NCBI RefSeq assembly: GCF_032250955.1
Contig: NZ_JAVVES010000003.1
Coordinates: forward strand, 1,268 to 65,267
Direction: 5' to 3'
DNA: 64,000 bases
Source: Sulfuriflexus sp.
Lineage (GTDB): Bacteria > Pseudomonadota > Gammaproteobacteria > AKS1
Shown: positions 29,614-39,581 of the stretch, in pieces
How the letters are laid out: the number at the start of each line of letters is the position of its first letter
Position numbering within the stretch: the stretch's first letter is position 1
The notes under the pieces: model-generated
Told to the model about the DNA's origin: nothing
The model's input: only the letters and a program-made list of their open reading frames with translations
Databases searched by the model: none
Program-made: the position numbers and the translations under genes

Positions 29614-30510
29614 ATGGCAGCACCCCTTTACGAATCCAGTCTGACCAGCCTGAACCTGATCAATCGCGGCAAGGTACGCGACATCTATGACATCGATGAT
29701 CAGCACATGCTGATCGTGACCACCGATCGTCTGTCGGCCTTCGATGTCATCATGAGCACGCCGATCCCGGACAAGGGCCGGGTCCTGACCACCGTTTCCA
29801 ACTTCTGGTTCGACTACCTCAGTGACATCGTACCGAACCATCTCGCCTCGCGCACACTCGAAGACGTCCTGCCCGATGCCGCAGAGCGCGCCAGCGTCGA
29901 GGGCCAGGCCACCGTCGTGCGCAAACTGCGCCCGTTACCGGTCGAGGCTATCGTGCGCGGCTATATTATCGGCTCTGGCTGGAAGGACTACCAGGCTACT
30001 GGCAGCATCTGTGGCATCCGTCTACCCCCCGGTTTGCGGCTGGCTGACAAGCTCGAGCAGGCCATTTACACGCCATCGACCAAGGCCGACATAGGCGATC
30101 ACGACGAGAACGTCGATTTCGAAACCACCGTGAAACTGCTTGGCCGGGAACGAGCCGAACAGGTCCGCGACGTGAGCCTGAAACTGTACGCGAAGGCGCG
30201 TGACTACGCCGCTGAGCGCGGCATCATCATCGCCGATACCAAGTTTGAATTCGGCCTCGATGACAATGACCAGCTCGTGCTGATCGACGAGGCCCTGACC
30301 CCGGATTCGTCGCGCTTCTGGCCGGCCGAGAGCTATGCCCCCGGCACCAGCCCCGAGAGTTACGACAAACAATACATCCGCGACTGGCTGGAGGCCCAGG
30401 ACTGGGACAAGACCCCGCCGGCGCCCACCATCCCGGATGAGATCATAGCCAGGACCACCGAGAAATACCGCGAGGCCTGCCGGAAACTGACCGGGCAGGA
30501 ACTCGACTAG
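29614..30510 (+). CDS. purC: Phosphoribosylaminoimidazole-succinocarboxamide (SAICAR) synthase
   Basis: 298 aa from MAAPLYESSLTSLNLINRGKVRDIYDI...DRLSAFD. The ORF-track start at 29374 is an unsupported extension. Confidence 0.92.
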   Translation: MAAPLYESSLTSLNLINRGKVRDIYDIDDQHMLIVTTDRLSAFDVIMSTPIPDKGRVLTTVSNFWFDYLSDIVPNHLASRTLEDVLPDAAERASVEGQATVVRKLRPLPVEAIVRGYIIGSGWKDYQATGSICGIRLPPGLRLADKLEQAIYTPSTKADIGDHDENVDFETTVKLLGRERAEQVRDVSLKLYAKARDYAAERGIIIADTKFEFGLDDNDQLVLIDEALTPDSSRFWPAESYAPGTSPESYDKQYIRDWLEAQDWDKTPPAPTIPDEIIARTTEKYREACRKLTGQELD

Positions 30511-30528
30511 GCAGACGGGTTGTTCGGC

Positions 30529-30897
30529 CTAGTGAATCAGTCGATTCAGTGTCGCGAGCAGTTTTTCGGGGTTAAATGGCTTGGTCACCCAGCCCGTGGC
30601 GCCGGCCTCGCGTCCCTGGCGCTTGCTCTCATCCGTGTGCTCGGTGGTGATGGTCAGAATCGGTGTATTCCGGTAACCGGCTTGCTGCCGCAATGACTTG
30701 ATCAGGGTATAACCATCCATCTCCGGCATATTAATATCGGTCAGGATCGCATCAAAATGCTCATGGTGGGCCATGGATAACCCTTCCCGGCCATTGCTCG
30801 CCTGCTTCACCTCAAAGCCGCCCTGCTTGAGCATAAACGTAATAACGTCACGGATAGATTTACAGTCATCAACAACAAGAATGGTTGAAATATTCAT
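30529..30897 (-). CDS. Stand-alone CheY-like response-regulator receiver protein
   Basis: 122 aa from MNISTILVVDD, with the phospho-acceptor context LTDINMPEMDG and conserved KPF. Confidence 0.85.
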   Translation of the reverse strand: MNISTILVVDDCKSIRDVITFMLKQGGFEVKQASNGREGLSMAHHEHFDAILTDINMPEMDGYTLIKSLRQQAGYRNTPILTITTEHTDESKRQGREAGATGWVTKPFNPEKLLATLNRLIH

Positions 30898-31064
30898 AAG
30901 ACACCCCTTTATTTTGCCTCGAGGTAGCCGCCAGAAAGGCGCCACCCTGCGAAGGCTTCACTATCAAAATGGTTCTGCGTCTGAAAAGGGGAAGGAGAAG
31001 AGTCGCATTCTCGGTTCCGGCAGTCCCGCTGTCATAGGCATGAGCCCTTAGACCGGATGACTTT

Positions 31065-31626
31065 GCGTGCCCATCTTTCGAATGGGGTCGCCCTTGTCAA
31101 AACATTAAATAACGCACTTAAAGTATAGCTACTATTTTTCGGGAAAGACAAGTCGGTTTAGAGGGATTTGTGATTAGGCTGCCCTGACCCATCGGAGATG
31201 TCCGATGTCCGTGGGGCTTTAAGTTTTTGCGTTTATATGGGCATCTATGGCAGATAATTTCACCACTCATAGATACCCTGATGACACTGGGACAGTGGAA
31301 TAGGGTACTCATGATGAAGCTTGAAAAGCTTCTATGAGCCACCTTCGAGGTTACACCATAGAACCCTTTCAGGGTTCATTATGGATACCTCACCCATTTC
31401 CAATGGGTCGAGGCAATTGTGAGTTGCCCAGACTCACTGGGACAGTGAGTGGGGTATTCATGATGATGCCTGAAAGGCATCTATGATCCTCAACCATCTC
31501 CGATGTCCGTGGGTATTCGACCTTTTCGCTGTCTCCTTTGCTTTTATGGCTCGGAATTTCACCACTCACAGAATCCCTTCGGGCTTCATTGTGAGTACCT
31601 CAACCATCTCCGATGGTTCGAGGCAA
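31065..31626. repeat. Cluster of nested and inverted hairpin repeats (BIME/REPIN-like)
   Basis: At least four copies of a hairpin of the form CA(Y)AGAA-stem-TTC-stem-TTCAT(Y)(R)TG occur in both orientations: 31308-31338, 31354-31383, 31457-31487 and 31565-31595. Each is combined with a second hairpin, CCTCA(A/C)CCAT(C/T)TCC(G/A)ATGG(G/T)TCGAGGCAA. There are also two about 80-nt homologous segments, CCGATGTCCGTGGG...AATTTCACCACTCA. Confidence 0.75.
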
Positions 31627-31658
31627 AAAAAGGAGAGGCGTGCGGGGCAGGCCTCTCC
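31625..31658 (-). terminator. Orphan rho-independent terminator on the minus strand
   Basis: On the minus strand it reads GGAGAGGC-ctgccccgcac-GCCTCTCC followed by T7. No annotated minus-strand gene lies upstream of it. Confidence 0.6.
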
Positions 31659-31859
31659 ATAAAAGCACCCGGGAAGGGATCGGGAGCTTGTCCGTTTTGC
31701 GTTGAGGATGATCCTACCCCCACTCGCCTGCCTTGAATATGTGGCATAATGTCGCACCCTTCATAAAATCAATGACTTGGCATGAGCCCGGTGTTAATTT
31801 CCTTACCTCTCCAGCGCCGGCGCGCTAGAATAACGGTTTAGATACAAGCTTGTGTACCA

Positions 31860-33125
31860 ATGCCCGTGACCAGCCCAGCTCCACAAAATGACCCGGCCGA
31901 GAGACAAAACCTGCGCCGCCTGTTAAGCCTGCGAAGCATTGCCGTTATCGGCTGGGGGCTGACCATCTATGTGGTCGTTGCCTTTGTCGGCATGCCCCTG
32001 CCTGCCTCCTCCATGGCCCTGGTGATCATCGCCCTGGCATTGTTCAATCTCGTTACCTGGCTGCGCCTGAAGTGGGGCGGGCGGGTCGGTCAGCTGGAGT
32101 TTCTTCTCCAGCTCATGGTCGACGTTGTCGCGCTCACCAGCCTTCTTTACCTGTCAGGCGGGGCGAGCAACCCGTTTGTGCTGCTGTTCCTGTTGCCGAT
32201 TATTATCGCCACCGCCGTCCTGCCCGCGATCCATATCTGGCTCCTGACGTTATTCACAGGGGTCTGCTACAGCCTGCTGATGTGGCGCTATGTGCCCCTG
32301 CCGCATGTCCACGGCGAGGAGCACAGTTTTAGCCAGCACGTCTTCGGTATGTGGCTTGCCTTCGTCGTCAGCGCCGCAGTAATTGCTTACTTCGTGGTGG
32401 CGATGCGGCGCAGTCTGCACCGTAAGGACCAGGCATTGGCCGCGGCGCGTGAGCAGCGGCTGCGCGATGAACAACTCGTCGTCCTCGGCACCCTGGCTGC
32501 AAGCACCGCTCATGAACTCGGCACGCCACTGGGCACCATGGCCCTGCTCAGCGAAGAGTTAAACACCACCACTGAAGACCCGCAGGCGCAGGCGCTGCTG
32601 CATACCCTGGGGGAACAAATTAACCGTTGTACGCAGGCCCTGGCCACCCTCTCGGCCGCGGCCGGTGGCATCCAGCTGGGTGGTGGGCAAATCCTGCCCG
32701 TGCACGACTTTCTCAGCGAGATACTCGCAGAATGGCAACCATCACATCCCGCTATTCAACTACAGACAGACTGGCAGGGACCTGAACATGCCCCGGGCAT
32801 ACTCGCCGACCGCACCCTGAAACAGGCACTGGGGAATATTCTCGATAATGCTGCCGAGGCCTCACCCGGCGATGTGGTGTGGCGGGCCAGCTGGGATAAG
32901 GACGGCCTGACCATGGAAATCAAGGATCGGGGCGACGGCTTGAGCCAGCAGGCAGAGCAGCTTATCGGCACCCGCCCTTATAGTGAAAAGGATAACGGCA
33001 TGGGTCTGGGTCTGTTCCTCGCCCATTCTATTATCAGTCGTTTTGCCGGTGAAGTCCGGCTGCTCAACCGCGAGGGGGGTGGCGTAACCACATTCATTCA
33101 CCTGCCCCTGACGAAGGCCGTATAA
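31860..33125 (+). CDS. regB: Redox-sensing histidine kinase, RegB/PrrB family
   Basis: 421 aa with six predicted TM helices. It has the quinone-site heptapeptide GGASNPF (GGxxNPF), H-box STAHELGTPLGT, a Cys shortly after the H-box (INRCTQAL) and a C-terminal HATPase domain. Confidence 0.85.
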   Translation: MPVTSPAPQNDPAERQNLRRLLSLRSIAVIGWGLTIYVVVAFVGMPLPASSMALVIIALALFNLVTWLRLKWGGRVGQLEFLLQLMVDVVALTSLLYLSGGASNPFVLLFLLPIIIATAVLPAIHIWLLTLFTGVCYSLLMWRYVPLPHVHGEEHSFSQHVFGMWLAFVVSAAVIAYFVVAMRRSLHRKDQALAAAREQRLRDEQLVVLGTLAASTAHELGTPLGTMALLSEELNTTTEDPQAQALLHTLGEQINRCTQALATLSAAAGGIQLGGGQILPVHDFLSEILAEWQPSHPAIQLQTDWQGPEHAPGILADRTLKQALGNILDNAAEASPGDVVWRASWDKDGLTMEIKDRGDGLSQQAEQLIGTRPYSEKDNGMGLGLFLAHSIISRFAGEVRLLNREGGGVTTFIHLPLTKAV

Positions 33126-33140
33126 GGAGCGACTGCGCGC

Positions 33141-33677
33141 ATGCAACTGCCAGAAAGTATCTTGTTGGTCGATGATGACGAGGCCTTTCGTGATGTCCTC
33201 GGCCGCGCCCTCGAGCGGCGTGACTTTACCGTGCACAAGGCAAGTGATCGCCATAGTGCGCTGACCCTGGCCGGCCAACATACGCCGGGGCTCGGCATTA
33301 TTGATTTGTGTATCGGCGACGAATCGGGTCTGCAGGTCATCGAGGCGCTGGCCTCACGCTACCCTGATATGCGCCTGGTGGTCCTGACCGGGTTTGCCAG
33401 TATTACCACGGCGGTTGAGGCGATAAAACTCGGCGCCAGGCATTACCTGACCAAGCCCGCCGCGGTTGATGCCATTCTTGATGCCCTCTACCGGGACAAG
33501 GGTAACGCCGACATTGACGCCAGCCGGCAACCGATGTCAGTAAAGCGACTGGAATGGGAGCATATCCAGAAGACCCTGGCCGATCACGATGGCAACATCT
33601 CGGCGGCGGCCCGCGCCCTCGGTATGCACCGGCGCACCCTGCAGCGAAAATTACAGAAGCGTCCGGCCCGCCACTGA
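33141..33677 (+). CDS. regA: Response regulator RegA/PrrA/ActR family
   Basis: 178 aa with a receiver domain plus the near-invariant C-terminal HTH NISAAARALGMHRRTLQRKLQKRP. Confidence 0.88.
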   Translation: MQLPESILLVDDDEAFRDVLGRALERRDFTVHKASDRHSALTLAGQHTPGLGIIDLCIGDESGLQVIEALASRYPDMRLVVLTGFASITTAVEAIKLGARHYLTKPAAVDAILDALYRDKGNADIDASRQPMSVKRLEWEHIQKTLADHDGNISAAARALGMHRRTLQRKLQKRPARH

Positions 33678-33696
33678 CCAGCAGGCAGATAAGAGG

Positions 33697-34299
33697 CTAG
33701 CGCGCTAATCGTACCAGCTGTCGATCATGTACCCGGCCCATCAGCACGAGGGCCAGCGCCGCCCCCAACAGGGCGGTGCCCATGTCGGCCTGCGTATCCC
33801 AGACATAGCCCTGGGTACCAAGGAATGCCTCGGCAGCCTGCTCCGAGCTTACACCTACCGCCCACTCGAGCAGCTCATAGGCGGCACTGATCGCAAGGCA
33901 GATACTGAGAACGATAAAATTCAGCCAGACCCGGCCGCTGACAATCGCCTTGCGGATCAATATCTCACGAGCAATGATTGCCGGCACGACGCCCTGGGCA
34001 AAATGTCCCAGTTTGTCATAATTATTCCGCTCCATACCCCACAAGCCGTCGAAGAAGGGGACCTCGGCATAGGTATAGTGCCCGCCGATCATAAGGATAA
34101 TGCTGTGCACAAGAATGAGGCTGTAGGTTAACGGTGTGAGGGGGAAGGTTCGCCTGGTTGCCACAAGAATAAACACGGCAATCAGGGCCGGCATCACCTC
34201 GAGTATCCATATAAAAAGATCCCTCGGGTAAAACGCAGACCATGCCAGCACACTGACGAACGCGACTGACCACACCCCTTCCTGTATTGTTAATCTCAT
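33697..34299 (-). CDS. DUF2238 (YjdF-like) membrane protein
   Basis: 200 aa, multi-pass, with the motif ERNNYDKLGHFAQGVVPA. Confidence 0.65.
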   Translation of the reverse strand: MRLTIQEGVWSVAFVSVLAWSAFYPRDLFIWILEVMPALIAVFILVATRRTFPLTPLTYSLILVHSIILMIGGHYTYAEVPFFDGLWGMERNNYDKLGHFAQGVVPAIIAREILIRKAIVSGRVWLNFIVLSICLAISAAYELLEWAVGVSSEQAAEAFLGTQGYVWDTQADMGTALLGAALALVLMGRVHDRQLVRLAR

Positions 34300-34360
34300 T
34301 CGTCAGGCCTTGCTGTTATGTTGCTTCCGTCGAATATCTTTAGCATACCTTTATTCCCAT

Positions 34361-34393
34361 AAAAAAGGGGCGTACCTCAGTACGCCCCTTTTT
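34361..34393 (-). terminator. Rho-independent terminator of the tkt-gap-pgk-pyk-fba operon
   Basis: GGGGCGTAC-ctca-GTACGCCCC forms a 9-bp stem with T6 on the minus strand, 24 nt after the fba stop. Confidence 0.85.
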
Positions 34394-34416
34394 ATTCGCT
34401 CGTCTGAGCAGTGGTC

Positions 34417-35481
34417 TTACTTGACCTTCTGGTCAAGTTCGCCCTTGGCATACATCTCGAACATGACTTCCAGGCTCCTGGCCTTGATCTTCGAAGCGTG
34501 ACCGGCACAACCGAAGGCTTCGTAACGGGCCTTACAGATGTCCTTCATGGCCGCGGTTGAGGCCTTCAGGAACTTACGTGGGTCAAAGTTGGACGGATTT
34601 TCGGCAAGGAACTTACGTACCGCACCGGTGCTGGCCATACGCAGATCAGTATCGATGTTTACCTTGCGCACGCCGTTCTTGATACCTTCGAGGATTTCTT
34701 CAACCGGCACACCGTAGGTCTGGCCCATCTCGCCACCGTAGCTGTTGATGATCTCCAGCCAGTCCTGAGGTACAGAAGAAGAACCATGCATGACCAGGTG
34801 CGTGTTGGGCAGACGTGTATGAATTTCGCGGATGCGGTCGATACGCAGGACTTCACCGGTAGGTTCCTTGGTGAACTTGTAGGCGCCGTGTGAAGTACCG
34901 ATGGCGATTGCCAGGGCATCAACACCCGTAGCCTTAACGAAGTCAGCGGCTTCTTCAACACCGGTCAGCAGCTGATCCATGTCCAGCTTGCCTTCGGCGC
35001 CATGGCCGTCTTCTTCACCCATTTCACCTGTTTCCAGTGAGCCCAGGCAACCCAGTTCGCCTTCTACGGAAACACCGCCGGCGTGAGCCATCTTCACGAC
35101 TTCACGGGTAACATCAACATTGTACTCAAAGCTGGCCGGCGTCTTCATGTCGGCCATCAGCGAACCATCCATCATCACGGAAGTGAAGCCGGACTGGATA
35201 GAACGCAGGCAGACTGCAGGTTCTGAACCGTGGTCCTGGTGCATGACAACCGGGATGTGCGGGTACATTTCGGTGGCGGCGGTAATCAGATGACGCAGGA
35301 ATGGTTCACCCGCATAGGAACGTGCACCGGCTGAACCTTGCATGATAACCGGGCTATCACACTCATCAGCAGCCTGCATGATCGCATGCACCTGTTCCAT
35401 GTTGTTAACATTGAATGCCGGCATACCGAAATCGTTTTCTGCAGCGTAGTCCAGCAGTTGTCGCATTGATATCAGGGCCAT
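34417..35481 (-). CDS. fba: Class II fructose/sedoheptulose-bisphosphate aldolase (Calvin-cycle subtype)
   Basis: 354 aa with [30 protein letters not shown]...HQDHG...GTSHGAYKF. Confidence 0.95.
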   Translation of the reverse strand: MALISMRQLLDYAAENDFGMPAFNVNNMEQVHAIMQAADECDSPVIMQGSAGARSYAGEPFLRHLITAATEMYPHIPVVMHQDHGSEPAVCLRSIQSGFTSVMMDGSLMADMKTPASFEYNVDVTREVVKMAHAGGVSVEGELGCLGSLETGEMGEEDGHGAEGKLDMDQLLTGVEEAADFVKATGVDALAIAIGTSHGAYKFTKEPTGEVLRIDRIREIHTRLPNTHLVMHGSSSVPQDWLEIINSYGGEMGQTYGVPVEEILEGIKNGVRKVNIDTDLRMASTGAVRKFLAENPSNFDPRKFLKASTAAMKDICKARYEAFGCAGHASKIKARSLEVMFEMYAKGELDQKVK

Positions 35482-35545
35482 ATGGACCTCCTGTATTTTA
35501 TCGTTACTGTGTTACTGAAAATAAAAACTTCTTGTTACAAAAACA

Positions 35546-36991
35546 TCAGGCATCAGGTTCTTCCATGGCGCCGACGCGGACAACCTTCATCGCGTTAGTG
35601 CCACCAAGCTTACCCATCAAATCGCCCTTGGTAATAATGACCAGGTCACCGTCGCGTACAGCACCGCGGCGAACCAGTTCATCGATCGCTTCTTTGTTGA
35701 CAATCGCATGGTCATTGCTGGTCGTTTCAAAACTCACCGGATACACGCCTCTATAGAGCGTAACCTTGCGGCGTGTCTTGACATGACTTGTCAGGGCATA
35801 AATCGGGATGCCGGAACTGATACGCGACATCCATAATGCTGTCGAACCCGACTCGGTCAGGGCCGCAATCGCCTTTACACCAAGGTGATTGGCGGTATAC
35901 ATGCTCGCCATCGCCACGGCCTCGTCAATATGCTCGAAGCGGGTATTGATACGATGATCGGAGTGCGTCACCTGGCGTTGCTTCTCAACCCCGAGACAGA
36001 TACGGTCCATGGCCGCAATGACCCGGTCCGGATACTTGCCGACGGCGGTTTCAGCCGACAGCATGACCGCATCAGTACCATCGAGTACTGCATTGGCGAC
36101 ATCAAAGACTTCCGCACGTGTCGGAATCGGGTTTTCAATCATCGATTCCATCATCTGCGTTGCCGTGATCACGACCCGGTTCATATCGCGGGCCAGGGAG
36201 ATCATGCGTTTTTGCACAGGCGGCAGGGCCTCGTCGCCGATTTCCACGCCAAGGTCACCGCGAGCCACCATAATGGCATCGCTGGCCTCGATGATCTCTT
36301 CCAGCTTGTCGAGAGACTCGGCACGTTCAACCTTGGCGATGATTCCGCCCTTGCCACCAGCCTCGCGGAACAGACGACGTGCCTCATTGACGTCTTCTGC
36401 ATTACGCACAAAAGACACCGCCAGGTAATCGGCCTCAATATCTGCCGCTGCGAGTATATCTTCGCAATCCTTCTCGGTCAGCGCCGGCGCGGAAAGCCCG
36501 CCGCCCTGTTTATTGATACCCTTGCGGTCCGAGAGTTCACCACCCTGGGTGACCCGACAGCGAACCTCGGTCCCCTCGACTTCCTCAACCCACAGCAGAA
36601 TGCGGCCATCATTCAGCAACAGCGTATCGCCACGACCCACATCCTTCGGCAATTCCTTGTAGGCAATACCGACGCGCTCCTGGTTACCCTGATTTGGATC
36701 ATGGGCCGAGTCCAGAATGAAGTTATCGCCATCGTTCAGTTCGATCTTGCCGTTGGTGAAGCGTTCGATGCGGATCTTGGGGCCCTGCAGGTCCACGATA
36801 ACGCCGACCTGACGACCATGCGCGCGGGCCCGATTGCGCGCGGTCTCGGCACGTTTTTTATGAACTTCATGGGCATCATGGGAGAAATTCAGCCGCGCCA
36901 CATCCATGCCGGCTTCAATCATCCGGTCGAGGACCTTGGGGTCATCTGAGCGTGGCCCTAGTGTGGCCACAATTTTTGTTCGTCTGTTCAT
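35546..36991 (-). CDS. pyk: Pyruvate kinase
   Basis: 481 aa with MNRRTKIVATLGPRSDD...ARLNFSHD...MVARGDLGVEI. Confidence 0.95.
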   Translation of the reverse strand: MNRRTKIVATLGPRSDDPKVLDRMIEAGMDVARLNFSHDAHEVHKKRAETARNRARAHGRQVGVIVDLQGPKIRIERFTNGKIELNDGDNFILDSAHDPNQGNQERVGIAYKELPKDVGRGDTLLLNDGRILLWVEEVEGTEVRCRVTQGGELSDRKGINKQGGGLSAPALTEKDCEDILAAADIEADYLAVSFVRNAEDVNEARRLFREAGGKGGIIAKVERAESLDKLEEIIEASDAIMVARGDLGVEIGDEALPPVQKRMISLARDMNRVVITATQMMESMIENPIPTRAEVFDVANAVLDGTDAVMLSAETAVGKYPDRVIAAMDRICLGVEKQRQVTHSDHRINTRFEHIDEAVAMASMYTANHLGVKAIAALTESGSTALWMSRISSGIPIYALTSHVKTRRKVTLYRGVYPVSFETTSNDHAIVNKEAIDELVRRGAVRDGDLVIITKGDLMGKLGGTNAMKVVRVGAMEEPDA

Positions 36992-37098
36992 TAACCTTCT
37001 TTGCGTCTTGGGGCTGCTTGTGCAGCGCTTTCAGGGTACTACAATTTGCCCTGCCTGACAGTGACTAACCCCTGCTGGCCACTGTTGATATTCCCTGC

Positions 37099-38277
37099 TT
37101 ATTTGGCACGCGCTTCCAGCATCGCCACGGCCGGCAGGGTCTTGCCTTCGAGATACTCGAGGAAGGCACCGCCAGCAGTCGATATATAGGAAACCTTGTC
37201 ATAAATATCGTATTTCTGGATGGCGGCAATCGTATCACCGCCACCGGCGAGGCTGAAGCCCTGGGCGTTGGCAATTGCCATGGACACGGTTTTGGTGCCC
37301 TCGCCAAACTGGTCAAATTCGAACACGCCGACCGGGCCGTTCCAGACGATAGTACCGGCCTTGCTGATGATATCGGCCAGTTCCTGGGCTGACTTCGGAC
37401 CGATATCGAAGATCATGTCGTCATCTTCAACTTCATCGGCACTCTTGACGACAGCCGGCTCATTCTCGTCAAACTTCTTGCCACAAACAACATCCACGGC
37501 AATGGGAATATTCGCACCGCGTGCCTGCATTTTTTCAAGCAGGTCCTTCGCCGTATCAACAAGGTCATCTTCACAAAGCGACTTGCCGACGTTATGCCCG
37601 GTAGCCTTGAGGAAGGTGTTGGCGATACCGCCACCCACCACGAGTTGGTCGACCTTTTCAGAGAGTGCCTCGAGTACCGTCAGCTTGGTAGAGACCTTGG
37701 AACCGCCAACGATGGCAACCATTGGACGGGCCGGCTCGGCCAGGGCCTTGGCCAGATTTTCCAGCTCGCTGGCCAGCAACAGGCCGGCACAGGCGGTCGG
37801 GGCAAATTTGCCCACGCCGTGGGTAGAGGCCTGGGCGCGGTGTGCAGTACCGAATGCGTCCATTACAAACACATCACAGAGTGCGGCATATTTTTTCGCC
37901 AATGCCTCATCGTCTTTCTTTTCACCGGCATTGAAGCGCACGTTTTCCAGCAACACACACTCGCCGGCGGCAACATCGAAGCCACCATCAAGGTAATCCT
38001 TGACCAGGCGCACGTCCTTGCCCAGCTTGGCTGACATGTCGGCCGCAATCGGCGCCATGGAGTTTTCTTCATCGGCCTTGCCTTCTTCAGGCCGGCCGCG
38101 GTGTGACATCACCATGACGGCCGCACCAGCCTTCAAGCAATGCTCCACAGTCGGCATAGACGCGGCAATGCGCGCATCCGAGGTTACCTTGCCGCCTTTA
38201 ACCGGCACGTTCAGGTCGGAGCGAATCAGTACGCGCTTACCCGCCAGGTCAAGATCAGTCAGCTTGATAAAAGACAT
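37099..38277 (-). CDS. pgk: Phosphoglycerate kinase
   Basis: 392 aa from [26 protein letters not shown], preceded by AGGAG. The track start at 38322 is an extension. Confidence 0.95.
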   Translation of the reverse strand: MSFIKLTDLDLAGKRVLIRSDLNVPVKGGKVTSDARIAASMPTVEHCLKAGAAVMVMSHRGRPEEGKADEENSMAPIAADMSAKLGKDVRLVKDYLDGGFDVAAGECVLLENVRFNAGEKKDDEALAKKYAALCDVFVMDAFGTAHRAQASTHGVGKFAPTACAGLLLASELENLAKALAEPARPMVAIVGGSKVSTKLTVLEALSEKVDQLVVGGGIANTFLKATGHNVGKSLCEDDLVDTAKDLLEKMQARGANIPIAVDVVCGKKFDENEPAVVKSADEVEDDDMIFDIGPKSAQELADIISKAGTIVWNGPVGVFEFDQFGEGTKTVSMAIANAQGFSLAGGGDTIAAIQKYDIYDKVSYISTAGGAFLEYLEGKTLPAVAMLEARAK

Positions 38278-38302
38278 GTTGTAACTCCTAACTTGATATT
38301 TA

Positions 38303-38346
38303 AAAACTATTTGCCAAATCATTTATCTGGCTTGGCAAATAGTTTT
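38303..38346 (-). promoter_or_regulatory. Perfect 15-bp inverted repeat (intercistronic hairpin or attenuator) just upstream of pgk
   Basis: AAAACTATTTGCCAA-N14-TTGGCAAATAGTTTT. On the mRNA strand the stem is followed by UUUUUAAAU, then the pgk Shine-Dalgarno. Confidence 0.6.
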
Positions 38347-38364
38347 ATTGATTCCGAGTAATAA

Positions 38365-38510
38365 TCGCAGAGACCGCAAAGGCGCAAAGAACGCTAAGAA
38401 ATTCAAATTTCAAGAGTTCGAAGATATACCCCTCACCCTAACCCTCTCCCGAAGGGAGAGGGAATCTTTTTCCTTGGCGTCCTCTGCGTCTCCGCGACCT
38501 TCGCGTTAAA
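38365..38510. repeat. GC-rich REP-like repeat block in the gap-pgk spacer
   Basis: It contains CGCAAAG-type short repeats and the hairpin CCCTCTCCC-gaa-GGGAGAGGG (38442-38462). The 17-mer CCTTGGCGTCCTCTGCG (38472-38488) recurs inverted at 63611-63627. TCTCCGCGACCTTCGCG recurs (16/17) at about 63653-63669. Confidence 0.7.
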
Positions 38511-38536
38511 GCTCCAGATTCAAATCAATCTGCAAC

Positions 38537-39565
<1,029 letters not shown>

Positions 39566-39581
39566 TTACTAATAATTAAAA

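Noticed and set aside
31065-31626. CRISPR array, integron attC sites, or a CsrB/RsmZ-type GGA-rich sRNA as explanations for the repeat cluster
   Set aside because: - The repeats are imperfect, palindromic and in both orientations, without uniform spacers, and there are no cas genes.
- There is no intI gene and there are no cassette ORFs.
- My by-eye count of GGA motifs (about 12 in 550 nt) is close to random expectation.
35885-36949. 354-aa ORF on the plus strand
   Set aside because: It lies entirely antisense to an unmistakable pyruvate kinase gene. Its composition is Arg/Gly/His-rich with no motifs. This is a typical shadow ORF of a GC-rich gene.
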